A DNA stretch of 20,000 bases from Candidatus Eiseniibacteriota bacterium (GTDB taxonomy: Bacteria; Orphanbacterota; Orphanbacteria; Orphanbacterales; Orphanbacteraceae): positions 60,504 through 80,503 of the forward strand of contig JBDROZ010000042.1 of NCBI GenBank assembly GCA_043809585.1. The letters run 5' to 3'. Shown in pieces: positions 1 to 6,705 of this stretch; positions within the stretch are counted from its first letter, which is position 1, and each line of letters opens with the position of its first letter. Made by a program: the position numbers and the translations under genes. The notes beneath the pieces were generated by a model that made no database searches, was not told the DNA's origin, and saw only the letters and a program-made list of their open reading frames with translations.

Positions 1-456
1 CGGCGAGATGAAGGAGCAGGGGCCGATGGGGACGCGCTTCCACATCCCCCGGTACCCGCGCGTGCGGGGGCTGATATCGAGGGGCATCACGCGGCCGAGA
101 TCGGAAGCCGTCTCCTTCGCGGCGATCTTGAAGGTGTCGATCAGCCGCGTCACCTCGCCCCGGCTATCCTTGATCGGTTTGCCCGCCTCGACGCACAGGG
201 AGAGGGCGAGCTCGTCGAACCGCTCCGTGAAGCGGCGGACGCAGTGGTTCAGGACCTCCTCCCGCTCGTAGGCGGGAAGCGACGCCATCGCTTCGTTCGC
301 CTCCACGGCCCTCCCGATCGCCTCGTCGATCGCCGCGGCGTCCGCCAGGGCGACCCGGGCCGCGACCTTTCCCGTGTACTTGTCGGTCACCTCGAGGTCC
401 CTGTTCGGCCTCCTCGGTTCGCTCCCGAGATAGTAGGGATACGATTCTTCCGTCAT
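1..456 (-). CDS. NAD(P)-dependent aldehyde dehydrogenase family protein (5' part; runs off window start)
   Basis: Not in the ORF track because there is no stop in the window. Manual translation from ATG at 456: MTEESYPYYLGSEPRRPNRDLEVTDKYTGKVAARVALADAAAIDEAIGRA...LCVEAGKPIKDSRGEVTRLIDTF...MWKRVPIGPCSFISP. This matches the ALDH 'ExGKP...E' and 'R.P.G....I.P(FNFP)' segments. Purine-rich RBS (GGAAGGG) upstream. Confidence 0.9.
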   Translation of the reverse strand, partial: MTEESYPYYLGSEPRRPNRDLEVTDKYTGKVAARVALADAAAIDEAIGRAVEANEAMASLPAYEREEVLNHCVRRFTERFDELALSLCVEAGKPIKDSRGEVTRLIDTFKIAAKETASDLGRVMPLDISPRTRGYRGMWKRVPIGPCSFISP

Positions 457-481
457 GGTCTTGTTCCCTTCCGATGAGGGG

Positions 482-1642
482 CTACGAATTCCCTCTTTCC
501 GGGGCGGGGAGTTTCGGGGAGAGGGCGAGGCCCTTGCGCTCGGCGTGGCGCTCCAAGGCGTGCAGGATCAGGCGGTCGAGAAGCTCGGCGTAGGGGACGC
601 CGGTCGCCTCCCATAGCTTGGCGTACATGCTGATCGACGTGAATCCCGGGATCGTGTTCAGCTCGTTGATGTAGAGCCGCTCCGACTTCCGCTGAAGGAG
701 AAAGTCGACCCGGGCCATGCCGGAGCAGTCGAGGGCGCGGAAGGCGCGCACCGCCGAGTCGCGCACCTCCGCCGCCTTTTCCGGCGGCAGGTCGGCCGGG
801 ATGATCAAGTCCGACTTCCCGTCCACGTACTTCGCGTCGTAGTCGTAGAACTCGCCCGACGGGACGATCTCGCCCGGCACCGACGCTTCCGGGGTTTCGT
901 GACCGAGAACGCTCACTTCGATCTCCCGGGCGTCGATCGCCTCCTCGACGAGGATCTTCGTGTCGTACCGGGCCGCCTCGTCGATGGCGGCTTCGAGTTC
1001 GGCTTCATTCTTCGCCTTGCTGATGCCCACCGACGAGCCGAGGTTCGCCGGCTTGACGAAGCAGGGGAAGCCGGACTTCTTCGCCTGGGCGAGGGCGGTG
1101 GGGCGCTCCCTCTCCCACCGGTGGCGACGGAGCAGCACCCAGTCGGGAACGAGAAGTCCGGTGGACCGGAAGATGCGCTTGGCGAGGTCCTTGTCCATGG
1201 CGACGGCCGAGGAAGCGACGCCGCTCCCCACGTAGGGAATGCCCGCGAGCTCCAGGAAACCCTGCACCGTGCCGTCCTCCCCCTTCGGCCCATGGAGCAC
1301 GGGGAAGACCAAGTCGAGCCGCTCCGGACCGGTCCCCTTCCCGGCGGGAACGAGGGCGCTCCGGTCGCCGTCCGGAACGAGGGCGGCAGGCTCGTCTTCC
1401 CCCGCCCGGGCCTTGGCGGCGGCGGGCGAGTCGCGGAAGCGGAGCTCCGCCTTCGACGCGAGGATGGCGAGGGCGTTCGGATGGACGATCCACCGTCCCT
1501 CCCTGGTGATGCCGACGGGGACGACGTCGTACTTGCCCGACGCCCGGAGCGCCTCGATCACCGCCCGCGCGGAGGAGAGCGATACCTCGTGCTCCCCCGA
1601 TTGCCCGCCGAACAGGACCCCGACCCGCAACTTCTTCGTCAC
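482..1642 (-). CDS. ddl: D-alanine--D-alanine ligase
   Basis: Motifs GGQSGEHEVS, FPVLHGPKGEDGTVQG, AMDK, KPANLGSSVG, FYDYDAKY, ARVDF, NELNTIPGFT. GTG start with GGAGG upstream. Confidence 0.97.
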   Translation of the reverse strand: MTKKLRVGVLFGGQSGEHEVSLSSARAVIEALRASGKYDVVPVGITREGRWIVHPNALAILASKAELRFRDSPAAAKARAGEDEPAALVPDGDRSALVPAGKGTGPERLDLVFPVLHGPKGEDGTVQGFLELAGIPYVGSGVASSAVAMDKDLAKRIFRSTGLLVPDWVLLRRHRWERERPTALAQAKKSGFPCFVKPANLGSSVGISKAKNEAELEAAIDEAARYDTKILVEEAIDAREIEVSVLGHETPEASVPGEIVPSGEFYDYDAKYVDGKSDLIIPADLPPEKAAEVRDSAVRAFRALDCSGMARVDFLLQRKSERLYINELNTIPGFTSISMYAKLWEATGVPYAELLDRLILHALERHAERKGLALSPKLPAPERGNS

Positions 1643-1658
1643 CCTCGATCCTCCGCGG

Positions 1659-2768
1659 TCATTGCCAGTAAGGCGTGAAGTCCGCCCGGTAGACGTCCGT
1701 TTCCCCTCCGGTCGGGTCGGCCCGGTTGGAGCAGAAGAGGAGTGTCTTCCCGTCGTCGGAAAAGTGGGGAAACCCGTCGAATCCCCCCGTGTAGGTAATC
1801 CGGGTCAGCTCCGTTCCGTCGATCTTCATCATGTACAGGTCGAAGTCGCGCGGGTCCGCCCCGTCCATGTTGGACGAGAAGACGATGCGATCCCCGTCCG
1901 GGTGAAAGTAGGGGGCGAAGTTGACCTTGTCGTTGTTCGTCAGCCGCCGGTGCTCCTTCCCCTCGGCGTCGCACACGTAGATCTGGAGGTCCCGGTAGTT
2001 CCCGGTCCGCGAACCCCGGTAGACGATCATCGACTCGTCGGGGGAGTAGAAGGCGCCGCCGTCGTACCCTTCGGAGCGGGTGATCCGCTTCACGTCGGTC
2101 CCGTCCATCTTCATCGAGTAGACCTCGAGATCGCCCTCCCGATTGGAGGTCCAGACGAGGCGCGTCCCGGAGGGGGAGACGGTCCCCTCGGCGTCGTAGC
2201 CGTGGGTGTCGGTGAGGCGCTTGATGACCTGGCCGGAGAAGTCGGCGAGGAAGATGTCGTACGCCTCGTCGAACGCCCATTCGTAGCCGCCCCGTCCCGC
2301 CGGTTTCGGGGGGACCTTTTCCCGGAGGTGGGTGGATGCGTAGATGAATGTCTCCGTGCCGGGCACGAAGTAGGAGCAGGTGCATCGCCCCCGCCCGGTG
2401 CTCACCATGCGCTTCTCCGAGCCGTCCCGGTTCATCATGTAGATCTGGTCGTAGGGATGCCTGTCCTCGACGGCCGTCTGCCAAAGGATCCTGGCCGCCT
2501 CGCCGTTCCAGTACGCCTCGCCGTTGTCCCCCTTGAAGGTGAGGCGCACGAGATTCGAGAGGGCCGTCTCCTTCGGGTCGATCAGCTGCGGCACGTTCTC
2601 GAACTCGTCCGCCTTCGACGCGGCCGGGGCCGCTTCGGTTCGGGCCTTCGGAGGCTCGGCCTCGCCGCCCCCCCCTCCGCCGCAGCCCGCCGCGCCGAGA
2701 ATCAGGAATCCCGCGATGAGCACGGCGCCAAAGGCGACCGTTCGCCGACGTGTCGGTGTAACGTTCAT
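1659..2768 (-). CDS. TolB-like / PD40-repeat beta-propeller lipoprotein
   Basis: Basic N-region, hydrophobic stretch and lipobox-like AAGC. Repeated 'P.FSPDG..I.F.S' type units (TVSPSG, FYSPDE, YFHPDG, HFSDDG) and 'LT...GYD' linkers. Confidence 0.88.
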   Translation of the reverse strand: MNVTPTRRRTVAFGAVLIAGFLILGAAGCGGGGGGEAEPPKARTEAAPAASKADEFENVPQLIDPKETALSNLVRLTFKGDNGEAYWNGEAARILWQTAVEDRHPYDQIYMMNRDGSEKRMVSTGRGRCTCSYFVPGTETFIYASTHLREKVPPKPAGRGGYEWAFDEAYDIFLADFSGQVIKRLTDTHGYDAEGTVSPSGTRLVWTSNREGDLEVYSMKMDGTDVKRITRSEGYDGGAFYSPDESMIVYRGSRTGNYRDLQIYVCDAEGKEHRRLTNNDKVNFAPYFHPDGDRIVFSSNMDGADPRDFDLYMMKIDGTELTRITYTGGFDGFPHFSDDGKTLLFCSNRADPTGGETDVYRADFTPYWQ

Positions 2769-2794
2769 GGTTCGTCCGTCCTTGTCTAGACTTG

Positions 2795-3118
2795 CTACTT
2801 CAGGTGAAGCCGGATGTCGTCTTCGAGGGCCGTGATCCGCAGCCGCGCATCTTGAAGCAGAGGCTCGAGATCTTCCGCGTCCGCCGCCTCCCGGAGGAAT
2901 TGCTCGAGGGCCGCGACGTAGTCGTCCAGGAAGAGCTCGTACTGAGGCTCGCCGGGGAACTCGTGCTGCCCGTTCCGGGCGCGAGCGACGGCGGCCCGGA
3001 TGCTCTCGAAGAGGATGCCCCGGTCCGCTACCGGGTCGACGCCCCGCGAATACAGGGAGTGAGCGTTGAAGAAGGCGGACCGTAGAAGCTCGAATATCCA
3101 GTTGAAACGGTTCTTCAT
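2795..3118 (-). CDS. hypothetical protein (107 aa, helical)
   Basis: ATG start, non-shadow amino-acid composition, co-oriented with and 26 nt upstream of the PD40 gene. No recognisable motif. Confidence 0.7.
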   Translation of the reverse strand: MKNRFNWIFELLRSAFFNAHSLYSRGVDPVADRGILFESIRAAVARARNGQHEFPGEPQYELFLDDYVAALEQFLREAADAEDLEPLLQDARLRITALEDDIRLHLK

Positions 3119-3260
3119 GGTTCCCGTCCGTTCGTTTCCGGGGGGAGCATATCAGCCGTCCCGCGGCCGGGCAAGAGAGAACAGAGCCCGACCCTCTCCC
3201 CGCGCGTTTCGATGCCTCGTGACGAATTCTAGTGAGACGGGCGGGCTCTCGAAAATCATA

Positions 3261-4343
3261 TTATCGAAACGGGGTTTCGGCGATTTCCGCCGGGGCGTCG
3301 CCGCCGCCGGTCCTCGCCCGGAGGGGTTCCCCTTTCTCGATCGCCGACGTGCGGACCACGGCGAGGGCCACGATCCCGCCGAGGTGGGGGGAGCGGACGG
3401 CCGACGTCACGCGGCCGACTTCCGCCTCGCCCATGAGGACCGCCGCGCCGGGGGCGGGCAGATGCTCTCCATCGATCTTCAGTCCGATCAATCGCTTGGG
3501 CGGCTTTCCCCGGTGGCGCGTCTTGGCGACCACCTCTTGGCCGGGGTAGCATCCCTTGTCGAACGAGATCGCCTCGTCGAGGCCCGCTTCGAGAGGGCCG
3601 AGATCGAGGCCCACATCCCGCCCGAAGACCGGCGTTCCCGCCTCGACCCGGAGGATGTCGAACGGGTCGAGCCCGACGGGGAACGGCTTCGGAGACCCCG
3701 AGGAGAGAAGGACCTTCCAGAGTTCGGCCGCCTTCTCCCGGGGGGCGAGGAGATCGAAGCCGTCTTCGCCGGTCGGGCAGTCGCGCACGGCGAGCACCGC
3801 TTCGGCGAGCCCGGGGAACGAAAGGGACCGGGAGTGGCCGGGGGGGAGGTGGGGCATGGGCGACCCGGTCAGGGCGGAGAGGAGCTTGGCGCTCTCGGGC
3901 CCCGCGACGTGGATCGTCCCCCACCGGAGGCTCTCGTCCTCGAGCACGACCTCTTCGAGAATGATGAAGGGGTCGAGGCCGCGGATCAGGGCGTCCACCC
4001 CCTCCCGCGGAAGAAGGGCGAGAAACGACTCGGGGAAGGCGAGGAGGCGGAAGAGAGCGACGATCTTGCCCTGAGGCGTGAGGAGCGTCGCGGTCCGGCC
4101 CGTCCCCGCTTCGAGGTCTTCGACCCGGTTCGAGAGCATGTTCTCGAGGAAGCGGACCCGGTCGGCGCCGCGGACACGGACCGCGCCCCGGTGGGAGATG
4201 TCGATCAGGCCGACGGAACGGCGGACGGCCTCGTACTCCCACGCCGGGTCGCCGAAATGGGCGGCCGTGGCGTGGCCGAACCGTTCCCCCCGGTGGGCGC
4301 CGATGGTCTCCAGGAAACGGAGGACCGGTGATTCGAGGCTCAT
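3261..4343 (-). CDS. ygfZ: YgfZ/GcvT-family folate-binding protein (Fe-S cluster repair)
   Basis: GcvT-like N-terminus (IDISHRG..V.G.D...FL...LSN) and the YgfZ signature KGCYPGQE. GGGGAG RBS upstream. Confidence 0.88.
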   Translation of the reverse strand: MSLESPVLRFLETIGAHRGERFGHATAAHFGDPAWEYEAVRRSVGLIDISHRGAVRVRGADRVRFLENMLSNRVEDLEAGTGRTATLLTPQGKIVALFRLLAFPESFLALLPREGVDALIRGLDPFIILEEVVLEDESLRWGTIHVAGPESAKLLSALTGSPMPHLPPGHSRSLSFPGLAEAVLAVRDCPTGEDGFDLLAPREKAAELWKVLLSSGSPKPFPVGLDPFDILRVEAGTPVFGRDVGLDLGPLEAGLDEAISFDKGCYPGQEVVAKTRHRGKPPKRLIGLKIDGEHLPAPGAAVLMGEAEVGRVTSAVRSPHLGGIVALAVVRTSAIEKGEPLRARTGGGDAPAEIAETPFR

Positions 4344-4504
4344 GAGCGTCTCCCCTGTCCGTCGTGGGATGCAATGCTACGGCGGCGCGCCGCCCGGGGG
4401 AAAGGGGAAATTGCGGTTGTCCGGGCCGGTGCCCGGCCCTACACTTGTCTCCGGGTGAGGCTGATCCGTCCCCGGTCCCCACCTCGCAGGAGGAGGACAG
4501 AGCC

Positions 4505-5404
4505 ATCGGATTCATGGATCGCACCGTCGTCGCACTTCTCCCGCTCGTGCCGAAACCGATCGTCGGCAGGTTTTCCGCGCGCTATATCGCCGGTCCCTCT
4601 CTCGAGGACGCGGTTCGTGAGATCCGCGGTCTCGGCGAGAAGGGAATCATGGCGACCGTGGACATTCTCGGCGAGAACGTCACGGAGACGTCCCAGGCGG
4701 AGCAGTACGCGAAGGAGTATATCGAGGTTCTCGAGACGATCCGGGTGAACGGCCTGGATGCGAATGTCTCCATCAAGCTGACCATGCTCGGCCTCGTGAT
4801 CGACGAGGAGTTCTGCTACCAGCGCATGCGGGAGATCGTCGCCGCGGCGGCGGAGCGGAAGAACTTCATCCGGATCGATATCGAGGACTCGAGCGTCACG
4901 GACGCGACGTTCCGCATCTACGAGAAGCTTCGGACGGAGTTCCCGAACGTGGGGGCGGCGGTCCAGGCGTACATGCGCCGCACCCAGGACGACGTGACAC
5001 GGTTCATCCCGATGGGCGCGAACCTCCGGCTCTGCAAGGGCATCTACGTGGAGCCCAAGAAGATCGCCTGGCAGGTGCATGGAACGATCAACGCCAACTT
5101 CTCGCTCGCCCTTCGGCGCCTCCTCGAGGGGGGGTGCTATGTGGGAGTCGCGACCCACGACGAACGCCTCGTCTGGGAAGCGGAGAAGATCGTTCGCGAT
5201 CTCGGCCTCGACCGCTCGAAGTACGAATTCCAGATGCTCCTCGGCGTGGACGAGGAGCTCCGGGACATCATCGTCGAGGCGGGGCACCGGATGCGCGTGT
5301 ACGTGCCGTTCGGAAAGAGCTGGTACGCCTACTCCATGCGCCGTCTCCGGGAGAACCCGAAGATCGTCGGCTACGCGACGAGGGCAGTGCTCGGAATAAG
5401 ATAG
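4505..5404 (+). CDS. monofunctional proline dehydrogenase (PRODH); start is either ATC 4505 or ATG 4514
   Basis: Motifs RYIAG, VDILGE, SIKLT.LG, RIDIED, QAYMRR, RLCKG.Y.EP, ATHD, EFQMLLG, RVYVPFG..WY.Y.MRRLRENP. About 300 aa with no P5C dehydrogenase domain. Confidence 0.95.
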   Translation: MGFMDRTVVALLPLVPKPIVGRFSARYIAGPSLEDAVREIRGLGEKGIMATVDILGENVTETSQAEQYAKEYIEVLETIRVNGLDANVSIKLTMLGLVIDEEFCYQRMREIVAAAAERKNFIRIDIEDSSVTDATFRIYEKLRTEFPNVGAAVQAYMRRTQDDVTRFIPMGANLRLCKGIYVEPKKIAWQVHGTINANFSLALRRLLEGGCYVGVATHDERLVWEAEKIVRDLGLDRSKYEFQMLLGVDEELRDIIVEAGHRMRVYVPFGKSWYAYSMRRLRENPKIVGYATRAVLGIR

Positions 5405-5437
5405 CGAAGCGAAGCGATCGAGTTCCCCAAACTCGTG

Positions 5438-5466
5438 GGCGCCGGCCGGAAAGTCGGCGCCTTTTT
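5438..5466 (+). terminator. rho-independent terminator of the PRODH gene
   Basis: 9-bp stem GGCGCCGGC/GTCGGCGCC (one G-U pair), loop CGGAAA, followed by TTTTT, 33 nt after the stop. Confidence 0.8.
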
Positions 5467-5476
5467 GAGGGGGAGA

Positions 5477-5502
5477 GGAGCGCGTGTCGGGACACGCACT
5501 CC
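5477..5502. repeat. REP-like short palindrome
   Basis: GGAGcGCGTGTC-gg-GACACGCaCTCC: near-perfect hairpin in a convergent intergenic region. Confidence 0.5.
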
Positions 5503-5700
5503 AAGAAGAGTCCGGCGGGACGGGGAATCGGTATCGGGAGGGGGCGGGGCATAACCGGGGAGTTGTTCCCGTTCTCCGCAACGCCGCCTCTGCGAGTCCG
5601 GAGAAAGGGAGGGTTTCCTCCCGCCGCACGACGAGCGTCCTAGTCCGCCCCATCCCCCTCCCTCCTCCGATCCGCCGCCCCGCCGAGAGGAGAGGGAGCG

Positions 5701-5794
5701 GGGGGGCGTAGTTCCGTCATGAACGTTGTGAGACTTCCCTATGGTCGAGTCCGACTCGCCTCTTCGAAACGGCACCAACGGAACTACGTCCCCC
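5701..5794. repeat. 94-bp element bounded by 17-bp inverted repeats
   Basis: 5701-5717 GGGGGGCGTAGTTCCGT versus 5778-5794 ACGGAACTACGTCCCCC (16/17 complementary). Internal palindrome CGAGTC-C-GACTCG. Confidence 0.6.
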
Positions 5795-5801
5795 AGATGA
5801 T

Positions 5802-6482
5802 CTACCCCACGATCCCCAGAAACCCCTCGGTGTCGGTGAGGTCTTCGAGGGCGTGGTGGGCGCCTTCGGCGCGGAGGATGTCGGTGGTGGCGGGGCCGGT
5901 GGCGACGGCGATGACCACTGCCCCGGCGGCGAGGCCGCAGCGGACGTCGTGGACCGTGTCGCCGACGAGGAAGACCGAGTCCTTCGAGAGGCCGTCGCCG
6001 GCGAGGGCCCGGCCCCGGTCGAGGCCGACGCGCGTCAGCTCGAAACGATCCGCCGAGTCGGTGCCCCATCCGCCGAAGCGGAAGTGGTGCTCGAGACCCG
6101 CGTGGGCGAGTTTCATGCGCCCCGTCTTTTCGTAGTTCCCGGTGACGAGGCCGAGGAGGAAATCCCCGTCCTTCGACAGCCGCTCGAGGAGTTCGGGCAC
6201 GCCCGGCATGATCCGGAATTCCTCGGACCGGCGCAGTTCGGCCGGCATGTGGAAAGCGTACCGTTCTCGGACCGCCGCGATTTCTTCGCTCGTCAGCCTC
6301 CGCCCTATGCTCCGCGCGCCCATCTCCTGGACGATGCCGTCGTCGGTCATGCCGTGGGGATGGATGCCTCCGAAGGCGTCGGGCACGCCGAGCAATTCCT
6401 CGAACGCGCGATCGAGGGCGCGCGCCCCGGCGCCGCCGGAGAGGAGCAGGGTCCCGTCGATGTCGAACCCGATCACCCGCAT
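5802..6482 (-). CDS. HAD-superfamily hydrolase (phosphoglycolate phosphatase-like)
   Basis: Motif I FDIDGTLL right after ATG 6482, motif II VTGN, motif IV VGDTVHDV. Confidence 0.92.
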   Translation of the reverse strand: MRVIGFDIDGTLLLSGGAGARALDRAFEELLGVPDAFGGIHPHGMTDDGIVQEMGARSIGRRLTSEEIAAVRERYAFHMPAELRRSEEFRIMPGVPELLERLSKDGDFLLGLVTGNYEKTGRMKLAHAGLEHHFRFGGWGTDSADRFELTRVGLDRGRALAGDGLSKDSVFLVGDTVHDVRCGLAAGAVVIAVATGPATTDILRAEGAHHALEDLTDTEGFLGIVG

Positions 6483-6614
6483 GGACCGTGATTCCTCTCG
6501 CCGGTGGGACAGGGGAACGCACGTAATAGTAGGAACGGTTCGCGCCAAGGTCAAGGGTCCGAGAGGCCCCACGCCTCGAAGTCGCTCCGGACGAACGAGA
6601 CATCGCCGTCCCGT

Positions 6615-6651
6615 AAAGAGGCCCCTCTCGGTGTGCTCACCGAAAGGGGCC
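6615..6651 (-). terminator. rho-independent terminator of the M28 peptidase gene
   Basis: Minus strand reads GGCCCCTTTCGGTG-AGCA-CACCGAGAGGGGCC then TCTTT, about 55 nt after the stop. Confidence 0.7.
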
Positions 6652-6705
6652 GCTCCGATCTTCGCTGTCTTCCGTCTTTACGCGAGGCCTTCTTCCGTCC
6701 GTCTA

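Noticed and set aside
1-456. ALDH as the P5C dehydrogenase partner of PRODH
   Set aside because: It is 4 kb away in another transcription unit and the visible part has no P5CDH-specific features; the substrate cannot be assigned.
482-1642. Possible vancomycin-resistance D-Ala-D-Lac ligase
   Set aside because: The omega loop FYDYDAKY keeps the Tyr typical of D-Ala-D-Ala ligases, and there are no vanH/vanX/vanRS neighbours.
3183-3249. Imperfect hairpin AGAGCCCG...CGGGCTCT containing ACGAATTCTAG, identical to the end of element A
   Set aside because: Only an 11-nt match with none of the four conserved motifs; more likely a 3' hairpin of ygfZ or chance.
3261-4343. Glycine cleavage T protein (gcvT)
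   Set aside because: The KGCYxGQE motif indicates YgfZ, and no gcvH/gcvP genes are adjacent.
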